DNA from: Phoronis australis
Lineage: Eukaryota; Animalia; Phoronida
Direction of reading: 5' to 3'
DNA length: 64,000 nt
Assembly (NCBI GenBank): GCA_002633005.1
Contig: NMRA01000439.1
Span: 186,001 to 250,000 of the forward strand
Positions 25,001 to 39,165 of the stretch are shown one piece after another. Numbering within the stretch: position 1 is the stretch's first letter; each line of letters starts with the position of its first letter. Position numbers and translations under genes: made by a program. The notes below the pieces were generated by a model. The model had not been told where the DNA came from, made no database searches, and saw only the letters and a program-made list of their open reading frames with translations.

Positions 25001-28000
25001 GAACCATTAGTTTTCTGTTACCAAGAAGGAGTTACAGACTCTCCATGGGTCAAGAAACCTGTCGGGAAATTACCAGTTTTATTAGAGATGGCCAACCCTG
25101 TAATTCGAAAACAGCTAGCAGGCAGGGAAATCCATTCAAATAGACCAGTCATGTTACACAATATCACAGATCAGCTGTTGGCTTTGGTTCACTGAAAATG
25201 TTTAAAGTGATTGTTAACTAGGGAAAATACTCCTTTAAACACCAGTAATAACCAAATTTCACAACTACTGCAGTTGCTATGGTGATTGTTTACAGTATGT
25301 ATAAAATGATAGGAGCTTGAAGTTAGACAATTACTGCACTGAGACCAACTGGACATCTCTTTGGAAACGAAATAAAACTTATGCAGTATGAATGATGGAA
25401 GTTATGAGTTAATTGAAGGCATGGCTTTGCATTAAAAGACAACTCACTTTAAGAACAATTAGGCAATCACCGAGAAGCAACAATTCTAAATAATGTTGGA
25501 AAGCGTGCACATAATCTCTCATGAAGCCTAAATATTAACTACCTGTAACTAACGAACATCCATGCAATGATGTACTGGTAAGAACAATCCGTGGCTGTTA
25601 ATACATTGTTTGCTAAAAATGTACAGAATTTCACTCTTGATATTTAATAACTGTGCTCTACTAAATATACAAAGACGAAACAAAATTTTTTTCCTAAAAA
25701 GAAATTACACTTTTCTGCCGTTTTGTGTTCTAGTAAAGCCTACCTTTGTATAATCAAAAGAAGCTTCTGGTGCCATAAAATAGTGGGACCAGTAGCTATA
25801 GGCAGACACACACTTCATAATGGATGTTCAAGCCATTAGCAAGTGCTGTTACATAACTAGAGACATGGGACAACAATAGGATAATTTTTAATGGCAGGAG
25901 ACTTTGAAACTTCACTGTCATCATAAACCAATAAAGAATGATAATGGGTCCCAGACACTAACAAATCATTTTCAAACTATTTACACAACAATAAGAATAG
26001 AAGGCGGTGCTTCAATGACATAGGAAAACCTACCAGTTAAGAAAGAATTTGCCTAATTTTTTAAATTGAGTGAAACTTGCAATGGAAATGTTAATTGTGA
26101 AAAAAGATTCATTTTGCTAGTGTCAAGAACATGATTTTTAGAAAACCTCAATGATCATGAATAATGACCAACCCCAAATTCACTGTATTGTTTCATGCTA
26201 TACATAGCTGGTTTACCATAACTTTTATTCATAAATACATACATATACATGTATAAACACATATAAGCTGGTGTCAAAAATTACTTTCTTCAGAAGCGTA
26301 TTTGCTATTTGTTCTACCAAGGCAACCTCAGCACCTTTTAACCTTCGCTTGAATTGAATTTGGTTGCAATAGAACGCCCGGAATAGGGGACTTTTCATAA
26401 GCGCCTTATAGAGTATCGAGAGCACAAAAGTGGCTTCCGATTGGTGGAGAGAAATTCAATTACTACAGAGTGGCTCATTAGTTTTATAACAGGAAAATAA
26501 ATTACACCGTAAGTCCACTAATAAATTTCAGTTTCTTGACGACGGCCGGGATAGAAATTCTCCCACTTTTTCAGCCGTAGCCACTGTGGATAATTCTCAA
26601 CAGTGGGAAATGTATGGAACATGGCGTCCTTGTTCAAAAGGTTTGCAAAGCAGTGGAAATTTCCTGGCACTAATAGATAACAGGAAAGGTGTTAAAACGC
26701 TGTTTATACTGGCAGACTGAAACCTTCCGCCTGCATTATATGGGATCTGTAGGTGGCGCTGACTGCCTGCCCACCAAAGACCTGATCACCGTCTGGAGGG
26801 TTAGTGAATTTCAACATGACATGGTTATTTCCAAAGTGGGCTACTCCAACCACTCATACTGCTTCAGTGGCTGAGACTAATCCGCCTTGACAAGCAAATT
26901 TCATTAGCCAGGGCTGAGGCAATAACAAACTGTCAGTCCTCATCAAGCCTAGAAATCTTATCTTATAAGGGTAAGGATCAAAATAAGACCGATTTTAAAA
27001 TGGTAAGTAGCCCTAAATCAAAACTTGTTGTTTGACAGAAGGTGTGGGTTTACTGACCTTTTAAATTGAATAAGGCAATTTTACAAAAACAAAAAATGAA
27101 AACTCTTAGTTTCAATGATACCCGATATCTCCAAATTGTACATCACAGTATGTTATTTTTAAATGCCATATTAATTATTATTATCAATAGATAAAGAGGC
27201 AAAAAATATTCCAGCACCATTCTACAATGTCCATCGAAACACTTTGAGACCATCCTACCAAATATGCTTGCCCAGAAAAAAATAACATAAAACCTTCCGA
27301 ATAGGGAGCAAATCGTACCAACATTACACCATTACATGTACATGGACCAGGTAGTAAATTACAGGTAACCCATATGGCTAGGGGCTGAATCCAAGGTAAG
27401 TAACCACAACAGTTTAGTTGAGGCTGAGTACACAAGACACTTAAGGGTTATTGACATAGGGGACTGATACCATCATTAAAGGGATGATAGGGCACAGACA
27501 GTCACAGGACTGACAGTGGATGATGACATGGTCAACAAACTGTAAAGAAAGAGACATGTTCCTTTTACTTGCTACCTAAAACTGAAATTTAAAAAAAGTA
27601 GACAAACACATTTCTTACTGAGCAGTTCATTAAAAAAACGTAACAAAATTTTTGTGAAAGTTAGCATACTGGTTGAGTTAGGAACAAAATTCACCTCGTT
27701 TTCAAATTATTTAAAGTTTGTTTTGTTTCTGCTTTCTGATTGGGTTTTCCCCATAACTACGACGAAAATTTTTAAAAACTGCTGCCATCAGTAAAGCAGG
27801 TTATTTCATTGCACAAAATCCGCAGTCAAGTTTCTTCAATTCATAGCAAAGTAATTTTATCAAAATTTTCAATAAAAAGAAGAAAACACGAAGATAACAG
27901 GTCTTCATTATTTGTACAGCTGTCATCAACAAACACACAATGCAATTTTTAGCAGTTTTACATTGTAGTGAGCTTTCAAAAATGAAAAAAAATTGACAAT

Positions 28001-29147
28001 TGCTTTTGTTCGAATTTCAAGAATTTGATTGTGGGTTTCAAAACCCTTTTGTACTATGAAAGAAAACGTCAGATATATGATCCCAAAAAAGAATTATTCA
28101 GGGCATTCAGGTAACTGATAGAGTGTACAAAGCCCAAGTTGGTTGGCCAATGCTTCCAAATTGGTCTGATTCATATGTACAACAGAAGACTTTTCCATTT
28201 CTTCAGATACTGGAAATTAATCATCAAGCTATTTTATGATTTTCATATTTTGAGGCAAAAATGGACGACATTTACCCTTTTGATTCTACTGAGGCTCGAG
28301 GTCAGTTCAGAAGATCCAAAAATGTGATACGGAAATCCCACAGAATCATGCAAAATCACAAAAAAGCGAGTGTTCCGGAAGTATGCTTGGGAGCTTACAA
28401 GTGTACACTTAATGGCAGCAACTACAGTGATTGGTAGTTTAGAATGTTAAATTGTGAAATATAATTCACTGTTTGTGCTCCATGCGAGAAGCTTTCTTGG
28501 TGCATGGCCAGTGTATTGGGTCTACAAAAGGCACCCCAGCTCTTATAAAACAGTGTAGGTTCTATCCACTCTTAAACAACAATGGCTAGTCCCTATGATA
28601 TATTGAGCAAACCATATAAATCAATGATCTTGTTCAAAGGTTATTAACCACAAATGCCAAGTACAGACAATGGTAAAACAATGAACAGGCTTACATGTGT
28701 ACCAGCCAGAAACACCTTTACAATTGTAGACTAACCTAAGGGATATGTAGTAGTAGCTACAATATTTGGTAGAAACCTTTTGCTAGTAGAACTTTATGAC
28801 ATCTGTCAGGTAGACATATTTTCGGAAACAACTTACCGAAAAATGAGAGCAAGTGCTAACCAGCACTGTATCTCAAAATTAAACTGCTTTGATCAAACAT
28901 GCGGCGTCTTGTGAAGTTCAAATTCAGTCATGTGCAGTTTAATATGGAAAGGACCCTTACACAATATACAAACTCTACAAAACCAATAGTCTCTTTATCA
29001 AATCTTCAGTTTGTTATCACATAGATGCTAAGCCAAATATTGCCATGTCTTATCAATAGCAGACAGATATGTGTCATGGGCCACATTATGTAAACAGTAC
29101 CATACAGGCAAATACCTGTAATTACCTATACATACACATTCACTCAC

Positions 29148-29194
29148 CTGAGTCCACTATCTGAGTCCAGGTAGGAGGAGGGACGCGTAAACAT
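29148..29194 (-). CDS. Gene A, putative first coding exon (MFTRPSSYLDSDSGL)
   Basis: accgctATG context and strong donor AG|GTGAGT. Ends in phase 2, matching the exon starting at 22042. Confidence 0.55.
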
Positions 29195-30375
29195 AGCGGT
29201 GTAAGGGACCGCTAACTTTTTGAATTTTTCATCTCTACGTTTTTCATTGCCAAAGAACCGGTCAGAGATTAGATCTTGTTGATATAATAGGGTTATACAC
29301 TCACTCAGCCGGCCCTAACATGCATCATTGTGTCACATGCTATAGTATATGGATCATATTTATTTGATATCCCGGGGGGTGTACTCCCATGAGTTCAGGA
29401 AGGTGAAGTCACAGTATTGGGTTCCACCTGACTAGTTCTCTAACATACTTTCTGTACGCTAGCCAACCTGTCTGTTTGTAGTTTTAAGTATGCAATATTT
29501 CTGTGTATTGGTATTCTAGCAGAACTGTTGACCATTGATATTACTGAAAATGGCCATGCTGTTTTCGATGCAGAACAGCTAGTTCAGCTAATAATCTATT
29601 GCAGAATATTTAAATTTAGACAACTGTTTACAGCTTATTACTGTACAAGAAGTCAGAGAACAGGCACGAGTAAACTTCTAAAAGAAAATGTTGCCAAAAT
29701 CTTAACAAACAAGGTGGAAGTGGAAAGAAATATCAAAGTCTATTATGCAGTATTACCCCCTGAAGGGAACCCTATGCAAACACACAAAGGTAGCTTTGAG
29801 ACCTTTGTGATTAATATATTGTAAATCCATAAGAAAATTAAACATGTTTTATGGGTGGCTTTGTATCATTATTTGTCAATTTACACTCAGGCACATGTAG
29901 TCTACTAAGCCCCAAAGGCTACAACACTGTACCTTGTTGAGGGTCTATTGTGAGACTTGTGTGGAGGTTGTTGAAAGATGAAAGGCTCTTTGGAAGGATT
30001 AAGAGTCTTTGAAGTAGTCTATACTGTGTTGTTGTGAGTTAAAGGCATGTCTGCAGGCTCAGAGATCCTTATCAAAAGTAGTCTCACAATGCTGTAGGAG
30101 AAACAAATTCAAATATCAATGACCTTTTATAGAACATTATAATTCTTAACTGTCAACAACTTTTGCCAGTTTGAAATTTCTCGTGGCATTGAATTGTTTA
30201 CATAACATGAGCAGATAATCCCACAAAAAAGTAAAAAGCGGTGGTCATCGACCGACCATGACCAAGGCAAATACGTCATTGTGAAATCAGAAAGCAACAT
30301 GACGTGATTAGATTAAAACTTTGCAAGCAATAACATGTAATCACAGCCTTCTTGTTTCAGTACAACATTTCCAAA

Positions 30376-31282
30376 CTGTTATCTGTCATCCATTCATCCA
30401 TAAGAATTGGGGGGGTGTACTCTCATATAAGAGCCATACAGTTTTCCTATGAAACAATCCCCTACAAAAGGAAGCTCTTTCCAGACAAATTCCCCACAAA
30501 AGGGTCCCCTTGGGAGCTCAAAACTCTAACAAAGCAGGGCTCCTTTTTCCAGTGCCGCTTTGGATATGAGAACGTGGACTGAGGCCGCTTTAAAACTTTG
30601 GTTGCAAAAGATGAACTCATTTTGACAACATGAGAATTCTCCCTTTGTACTGTTTCAGGTTCAATATGTCGTGAACACATCCACTAGCACAAGAAACTGT
30701 AGGAACACCACATTTATCCACCTTCACTCTTATCAGGCTTCTATTGTGAGTCAGCATGCGTGAATAATTGGCTGATAAGCCACCTCTGGAACTACTTTTG
30801 GCTGAATGGATGACCAGGCCATAAAATGATAATATTAGCCAAGACCAGTTACTAATGCAACAAAGAATAGTGTCGTAGTATCATCTAGCCTTGGTGGAAA
30901 GCTGTATACTGTATTGGCTCTAATAAACGCTTAGAAAAAATCATTTCACGGGGAGGGGATTCTTATTGTAGCCTACGGCAGTTGAAAGCCNGACTGTTAT
31001 CTGTCATCCATTCATCCATAAGAATTGGGGGGTGTACTCTCATATAAAAGCCATACAGTTTTCCTATGAAACAATACCCTACAAAAGGAAGCTCTTTCCA
31101 GACAAATTCCCCACAAAAGGGTCCCCTTGGGAGCTCAAAACTCTAACAAAGCAGGGCTCCTTTTTCCAGTGCCGCTTTGGATATGAGAACGTGGAGTGAG
31201 GCCGCTTTAAAACTTTGGTTGCAAAAGATGAACTCATTTTGACAACATGAGAATTCGCCCTTTGTACTGTTTCAGGTTCAAT
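30376..31282 (+). repeat. Near-identical ~290-bp duplication (30376-30665 vs 30994-31282) adjoining the N at 30991
   Basis: Direct sequence identity with a few SNPs. Confidence 0.85.
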
Positions 31283-31454
31283 AAGTTAAAAGTTCAGCTA
31301 CAAAATAACTCCTACAGAAGGACTGGTTATAGTTTATGGAATTAACCCCCACAAGCATGAGATTTGTGGAACAAAACTACAGTAAGTGCCGTTTTCACTA
31401 AAACTCGCTACAACTGGATTCCCTTTTTCTCTCTAGAAGAGTACGATGTCCTAG

Positions 31455-33950
31455 TAGTTCTAAAACCCCTTCGACCCCCACATCCCTCGACCCCCTCTAC
31501 CACCACACCCCCTCGACCCATGACCGCCTAGACCCACAACCAGCTGACACCTTGACCCAGTCTATACAAGCTCAACTCAATCTGAACATAGAACAATTGC
31601 TGACTTGCAGGACCAATGAGTTGGGTCGTGAGCTCGGCTGGTTTTTCCCTGTCTTTTTGCCGAGAGACTCTATTTGGCAAGTTTGAAAGCCAAAACCAGA
31701 AAAAACAATGTGACCAAATCACATCAAAGACCTACGTACCAACATTGCAAATGTTCCCGGCAGAGTGTAATCGTCTCGTCTGCTCTTCAGTGAATGGCAG
31801 ATTCTATCTAGTTTTTGTGGAGAGTGCGAGGAAACGACAAAACTGTAATTTCATTGGTAAATGCAATTTGAAAAAACAAACTGTTTACTAAAAAGTATTT
31901 CAACGTCATATAGAGTATATTGTTAATGAGTATACAACAGAAAAAAATTAACAAGACCAACGCGGAGCATTGAAATGGTCCCACGAATGCCCCACAAATG
32001 GTGTGCTTCCAGGGTTGCTTATTTGTTTCATAAAAATGGCCACTAGATGGCACAAAAATGTCCAATCCATCTGAAAACAGGAACATGCCATCACTTCTTT
32101 AACAGAAAACTATATACCAAATTTCATAAAAATCTGTCAAGGAACTTCAGAGAAACAAAGGAAAACGGAAAAAATGAAATTGCCACTATGGGCCACAGCG
32201 TTCGTTGGGTCTGCCTGAAAGACGTCGTCGTCTGTTGTTAGCTTCATGCACATACAATTACTAAATTTAATAAAGATTCTATGGTGGGTTAAGGAGATGT
32301 AGCTATGAGCGCAAAATAAACAATACTACCACTAGGAGGTGCCACAGTAGTTGAAGTCGTCATCGTCAACCGTCCTCTTCACACTGAGAAGATATACGAC
32401 AATTTTCAAAATCACACTTATGAGATTAATGGTTTGGTTGATCGAAGGGTGGATGCCAAAAAACTGACTCGAAAACAGCAAAAATGACCACTATATGGCG
32501 CAAAGTACTCCCGACTCCATCAAAAGACGGGTGGAAAGCATCATCTCACCAATAGATACCTACATTCCAAATTTTCTGAAAATCCGTTGAGGAACTTTGA
32601 AGATACAGAGGTAACATATGACAGCATTTTTCCATTCAGTTACTTTACCAGACCTAGAGGGTTTTGAGCCTGTGCTGACATCCAGATTCTTTGTTAACTG
32701 CCAAGCACAGTCTTTTGTCTGGTATGACAACAGGCAGGCCAATTATCTACCAGACCACTTGTGAACACAGTCAATTCCAGAGGGAATTGTTACATTCGGA
32801 AAGAATAGATTGTCGTAACTTCGGTTGTAGTTGGGCGATTTTGGCAATTCAAAAACTAAACATGATCACCATTTGACGAGGAATATCAGAAATGTCATAG
32901 GGTTATGTTCAAATATGTTATAACTTAACTTTTATTTTTAGCCGCACAGCCCAGTCAGGCAAGATATGATCTCACTAGAGATTCGAGAAATTATCAAACA
33001 AAAGAGAGCTGGCCCTCCAACCATCAATGCCAGAATGGAGTTAATCAGTTGTGTAAGATATTGGCTACAGGGGTGTTCTTCCCAACTTGTTGTTGGGCTA
33101 TAGAATCCAACAAATTACGGGAAAACGCCGTAATGAANGAGGTAAACGTAAAAAAATAAAATTGCCACTAGGGGGCACACTGGTAGGTGGATCCGTCCAA
33201 AAGTCGTCATCGTCTGTTGTTAACATCATATAAATACACTTATTAAATTTCGTAAAGATCCTGCGAACGGTTTAGGAGATACTGTCATAGGCGCAAAAAA
33301 AAACAAAACTGCCACTAGGAGGTGCCACAGTAGTCCAAATCGTCTGAAAATCATTGTCAGCTGTCTTCAGCACATACATGCCAATTTTCACAACCATCCT
33401 TTGAGCGGTTTGGTTGATAAAGGGGTTGACGCACAAAAACAGACTCGAAAACACTAGAAATGGCCACTAGGTGGCGCAAACTATGTCAAATCCATCTGAA
33501 AACGGGAGGATAGCGTCATCTCACTAATAGGTGTCTACACACAAAATTTCCTGAAAATCCGTTCAGGACTTTTGAAGATACAAAGGTAAGTGTAAAAAAC
33601 TAAAATTGCCACTAGGGGGCACACCGGTAGTCGGATCCGTTAACGTACTCTCTCCCTAAGTTTCAAGTTAGAACTGGGCTATAGGTGGCCGCTTGTGGAA
33701 CTATTTCCGTAACAACGACAGCGTGCTCAGAATGCGCTATTCCAAATCATGTTCTCACGCCACTTTCTGTTTTTAATCACCAGACTTGAGCCAAAGCAGA
33801 CTCGCGTGTAGGCATGTCTTATGGGAAAGTCACTCAGCGACGCATTGAGATTATACAATATGTGAAAATTGCAAAAACACCTCTATTGCCACAGGTCGTG
33901 GGTCGAGGGGGTTGTGGGTCGAGGGGGTCAAAGAGGTTTTAGAACTATCC
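31455..33950. mobile_element. Non-autonomous MULE of the same family with nested HINE; spans the N gap at 33138
   Basis: TIR-like ends TAGTTCTAAAACCCC and GGTTTTAGAACTATCC. Internal segments match 45012-45715. No TSD evident. Confidence 0.7.
31950..33640 (+). mobile_element. 3'-truncated/interrupted HINE of the same family
   Basis: 5' end aacaagaccaacgcggagcattgaaatg matches 45721. Core repeats at 32030-32615 and 33139-33640. Confidence 0.72.
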
Positions 33951-34434
33951 CTAATTTACCAGCTACATCCCTAGCAAAGCAGTTAATAAGTAATCCCCAC
34001 GGATCCCCTCCAGACAATTCCTAAGTGCCTCAACTAAGACCTCAACAATTACAGCCCTTGATGGTTGTAATCAAATCTCAGAAAAATTCTAAATTTTTTA
34101 GACCGAGATCCGTTAATTTTTTGGCAATCGTTGACTCACAAACAGACTTGCGCTATTGTGAATTATACACAATCATAACAAGAAACATGAAATGGTCAGG
34201 AATGAAAAATTCCCATACAGTCTTTCATTGCAAACTAATCGTGATAATATGAAACATTTACCTTTAAATATACACGGATCACTTTGTTACTATGGCAATC
34301 CTTGATCCATTTTACTCCAACTTAGTCAAGTTTCAATTTGAAACTTGAATCCAAGAACGGCCTCGTGACAGCAAACCCCTTGAGGGAACAAGTAATATCT
34401 AAATTTTGCTAAATAAGGTAAGGGTACACAAGCT

Positions 34435-35298
34435 CGGGGGGGTACTTGAATAGGAAGCATATACAGAATGTGCCACTCAGACATGGTTTTAAAAACATCT
34501 ATTAGCTAAGAATTCAAAAAAGTCTATTTTTGGAACAAAATTACAGAAGAATTTCATGCCTAAAAGGATTTACAATGTTAAAAAATATATATACAATTTT
34601 TATTTGAATTCCAATTCAATAAATAAGCTATCCATAGGTTTTTCAAAATCAGGAGAGGAGAATATTGTGGAATAAATTAAAAAAGGGAGATTTTTTCAAA
34701 TATGCCGCCAATATATAGGGTCCATTTTTTGGTGCTAACAGTAAAATTTCACTAATTTAGAGCAATATGACTTATAAAAACAAATACATTTTAATCATTG
34801 TTTCCATGAAACACATATTAATAGCACAAAATTGAATGCTCCATGTTTAATTTTTCTTGAAAATCTAACATTAAACAGTTTTGAAAAATTTTATGGCATC
34901 ACAACAACGTTAGAAGCCATTGAAAATGAAATGTCACTCTTGGAAATTTTTTGGTCTGAAATTGGAGAGATTTTATCTTTTCTTTTTCATCTTTACACTT
35001 CACACTCGAAGTAGAGTATTCTCAGGTGATACTCATTCATTCCCATGCATACATTCATTCACTCAATAGTAAGACTGAGCTCAGAGGAGTAAGGGACACT
35101 TTTTATGCAATGCTTGAGTGTCTGTCAGTAAAGCCAGGATTTGAACCCGGGGTCACTCAAATGGGAGTTCAGAGCTCAAACCACTGAGCCACACTGTCTT
35201 CTCAACTCTCTAAAAGCATAACGTGTTATTTCTGTAAGTGTTGAGTTTTTTGATTTCCCAGCAACACACCCTATCGATATAGTCAAGTATCCCCCGGG
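34435..35298. mobile_element. MITE-like element with CGGGGGGGTACTTGA / TCAAGTATCCCCCGG ends; internal part repeated at 48880-49270
   Basis: Inverted ends and ~400 bp of colinear similarity between 34660-35270 and 48880-49270. Related GGGGGTAC ends occur at 22950, 29371, 30409 and 35657. Confidence 0.55.
35030..35192 (-). mobile_element. tRNA-derived SINE inserted in the MITE
   Basis: Minus-strand A box TGGCTCAGTGG, B box GGTTCAAATCC and a (TGAA)n-like tail. Absent from the paralogous copy at ~49200. Confidence 0.7.
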
Positions 35299-36210
35299 AC
35301 ACAGACCGAGTAAAAATAGTCCCGATATCCTAAATCAACAAAGATGATTGACTTATAGTAAGGAACCGAGTGATTTATATATCAGTTCTATTAAAATAGC
35401 ATTTAATATAATCTAAATTAACAGAGAACTGAATGGCATTTAAGCAGAGTTTGATAAAATGCCACCTAGCCAAGAAGTTGTTTGAATGGGGAGCTTGCAT
35501 TCGTGGAATAGGCAGAGTGGACTTAAATTTTAATTAACTCTTACCTATAAACCAGATTTTACCTTTGGTTTAAGTACATAAGTAAACACAAGTGCATGTA
35601 CACACTTATGAAAAATGGTTTGTTCGATTAAAAGTATTGAAGTCATTAGCTCAAGTCCCCAGGGGGTACTTCCAATAAAAGAGAAATATGGGATATGCCG
35701 CTCAGATGGGGGACTTTCCACTGCCACTTATGAAATAGTGCCATTCTCAACATAAATGCTCACGAAAGAGACGTCTTTTTCAAATTCCATTCGCTACAAA
35801 AATGTTTACTTTGGGAGTTCAAAACTGCAGAAATAGATTTATTTTGGCTCTAAGAATGTTTTTTAAGATTGTCAGTTTTTTAAATTTGTTGCAAAAGGTG
35901 AACTCATTCTTGACAATATGGTGTCTTTTGTGCCATTTCAGGTTAAATTGGTTAAAAAACAGCTGTCTAATACTCAGTACAAAAAGGATTAGCTTGACAG
36001 AATCAATCCGTCCAAAAGTGTGGGGTTTCTGGAAAGCTCCCAACAAGTGGGATCCTTTCGTCAAATCCTCTCTCTTGATCAGGTCAGGATAGAATACAGT
36101 TGTGTCCCACAATGATTCAAACCCAATGAAGTCATTGGAGCTTCTCGAGATTTAAAATGTTAAAACATTTAGATGTTATTACAATTTGGTCAAAATGAGC
36201 AGGTGGAACC

Positions 36211-36960
36211 GGATTGTTCTAAAACCTCCTTGACCCTCTCGACCCCCAAACCACTAGACCCCCTCGACCCAAGACCCCCTTGACCTACGACCCCCTCGAC
36301 CAATGACCTGTGGCAATAGAAGTATTTTTGCGCTTTTTACATATTTCACAATCTTATTACGTCGCTGGGTGACTTTCCTTGAAGACTTACTGCTGTAACG
36401 TGGTTGGACAGAGAGGTAGACGATCATTGGCCTCGCAGATTTTTGCAAAAATAAAAGCAAAAGAAAAACTCGTTTATTGTAGAAAATCAGACTTTCTGAA
36501 AAAGCTCTGAACAACTGTTGAACTGAAAAAAGGTTTTTCATGGTCTCGCCAGTGAAGGTGTGTTTATAAGTAAAAACAACTTACCGGTACTCTGACACCG
36601 AGATATAGAAGTTCGAATGTTTCGAACTGTGCTCTACAGTTCTTTGTCAATGACTGGCAGGGGGCATCTTGGTTTCCGCTCCTTATGCTGGACTCATGTC
36701 AGTTGAATGTTGGGCATTTCATCATGTCTATTCATGCTTCACTGATGCCGATTTTGTTTCTTTGTTGTAATTATTCAGTGTCAGGTATGAGACTGTCATT
36801 ACAGACATTGATTGTACTTTACACCTTTTGAAAAGTAATCTTGCATGATCGGCGCACCACTGATAGGGGGCTGGGGCTCTAGCCCCCACTTATTTCAGTG
36901 CACAGCCCATGTCTCGCTATAATAAATTTGAATTTTGAGTTATGTCGAGACATTGTTACA
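36211..36960. mobile_element. Truncated MULE copy (left TIR plus internal sequence shared with 42309-42870)
   Basis: GGATTGTTCTAAAACC at 36211 and colinear similarity to 42400-42870. No right TIR seen. Confidence 0.7.
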
Positions 36961-37339
36961 TAGGACGAACACACTAGACAGTGAGTTTTACCTCCTGATG
37001 CAATAACCATTAACCAAACACTCGTGCACTGGATATCACTATAATTATGAAACAATTGTACCAGACAGTTCATTAAATTAGGAATAGATCAACAAATACA
37101 GAAGAAAAAACTGTTAGGTACTGATCACAGAAAATTTTAGTTCACAATAAAGATGAAATGAATCTACCAAGAAAGTACCCGGTCATTTAGTACATGCTTC
37201 ATCAGTTTCATTCTTCCAAAACACTTCCATGAAAATCATGTTAAGAATAAGTATGAAGTACAGTAGTAACTGTGACGGTCAAGACAAATGGATGGACAGT
37301 TACCCTAGAAACAAGGTTCTCCAGGCCTCTAAGTTTAGA

Positions 37340-39165
37340 GTTCCATGGAATACTACCGGAAAACATCACATGGAACATTTTAAAATTAAATTTCAAACAG
37401 ATGAGTGTAATTGATACAATGTGCACCTTTAAGTTACACAATTTATCCATTACACTCATCTGTTTTATACACTTTTATCTTGCTTTTACTTGACCACCGT
37501 CCAAAGGTTTTACATCATAGCAATCTATAAGTACACACTTTGAGTATGAAAATTAGGGATTTTCACAAAATAGGTTTTTGTGATCTTCTCACATAAATAT
37601 ACTCAAAAACTGTGATCAATGTCGTGAAGTAGAATTCACAACAAATAAATGGATTATCTTGCATGGGGTTAAAAGGTCTTTAATGGCCAAGAATAAAAAA
37701 TGCCATGGGATGTTTTACGAAATTCCTTCCACATGAAGTTTGTATAATAAAAGTATTTCAAACAAACAAGTGTAATTGGTGCCTTGTGTAAAAACTCGCA
37801 CTTTTCATTCAATTGTCAATTACAATAATCTGTTTCATATACTGGGTACTGTTATCTTAATTTCACATAACATCTGTGCAAGGGTTTTCCATTACGGCGT
37901 TTTCCTGTTGCTCCCAACTTGTTCAATTCTTAATAGCCCAACAACAAGTTGGGAAGATCACCCCTGCAGCCAATATCTTACACAGACTGATTAACTCCAT
38001 TCTGGCATTAATGGTTGGAGGGCGGGCTTTCTTTTGTTTGATAATTGCTCTAATCTCCGATCAGATGGTATCTAGCCTGACTGGGCTGTGCTGCTAAAAA
38101 TTAAAGTTAAGTTCAGTTATAACAAATTTGAACATAACTCAATAGCATTTCTGATTTCCTTTTCAAATTAACTGATCATGTTTAGTTTTTGAATCGCCAA
38201 AATCATCCAACTACAACAGAAGTTAAGACAATCCATTCTGACAGGTTTCAGTAACCCTTTGAAGCCTGGGAGATGATTGGTCATACAGGACAAGCGACTG
38301 TGCTGGGCAGTTAACAAAGGAGCCAGATGTGATCGCACGTTCAGAACCCCTCACCCCGTCTGGAGAAGTTGCTGAACGACTGAACACAGTCATGCATTAT
38401 CACTTAATAAGGTCACTCCACTGAGTTTGAGCATAATTGCAAAAGATGTTCAATTGGTGTCCCAAAATCTTCATGATAAAGATACACAAAAACTGAGGTT
38501 AATGTCACGAATGTGACAGTTCAGATAATTGAATGGATAACCCTCACTGTTGATGAATGGTCTTCAATGTTTGGTGATCAAAAAATGTCATGGAATACGT
38601 TTAGAGTCCGTGATGGAATTATACCAGGAAAACATTACATGGAACATTTTTAAATTAGAAAAAATTTCAAACAGTTGAGTGTAATTGATAAAATGTGCAC
38701 CATCAAATTACACAGTGTATCAATTACAAATTTTTTATAACTTTATCTGCTTTCACATGGCAACCATTGAACGATTTTACATAGCAGCAAGCTATATGCA
38801 ATTTGCGCTGATTACACAAGTTTAAGTATGATTATTAGGGATGCTCAAATTAGATTTCCGTATTCTTCATAATAACAATACTCAAAACTGGGATTAATCA
38901 CATGAAAGTAACATTCATAACAAACAAGTGGATGATCTTGGGGGGGTTAAAGGGTGTCTAATGTTCTAAATTAAAAAATGCCATGGAATACTGGATTACA
39001 TTCCTCACGTGTGACTTTTTTAAAATGAAGAATTATTTGAAACAGACAAGTGTAATTGGTGAAATGCGTGGTAAGAAGTGGTGCTTCTCACTAAAATTGC
39101 ACAACATTACAACTACACTCATCTGTTTTATACAGTTTTAACTTTTATAATTTCACAATATTGCC
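37340..39165. repeat. Two diverged ~550-bp direct repeats (37340-37880, 38605-39165) with internal hairpins, flanking a segment (37885-38385) whose inverted copy lies at 32630-33136
   Basis: Shared aaacagatgagtgtaattg...attacactcatctgttt palindromes. ttacggcgttttcc/ggaaaacgccgtaa anchors the inverted copy. Confidence 0.7.

Larger units (their letters stand above)
5341..29194 (-). other. Gene model A: ~15-exon large coiled-coil protein (~1600 aa), putative cytoskeletal/centrosomal scaffold
   Basis: Exons chained manually with GT-AG sites. Intron phases match throughout (2,0,2,0,0,0,0,0,2,1,2,0,2,1), giving 4809 nt of CDS ending in TGA at 5341-5343. E/K/L/Q heptad-rich composition. Confidence 0.85.

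Noticed and set aside
30376-31282. 290-bp duplication as a biological direct repeat
   Set aside because: The second copy starts immediately after the N at 30991, so a haplotig or scaffolding artefact is likely.
32030-33640. Regularly spaced CCACTAG repeats as a CRISPR array
   Set aside because: Eukaryotic context, the 'spacers' are homologous to one another (satellite units), and there are no cas genes.
35130-35192. tRNA gene
   Set aside because: A and B boxes are present but there is no complete cloverleaf, and it continues into a SINE body and tail.
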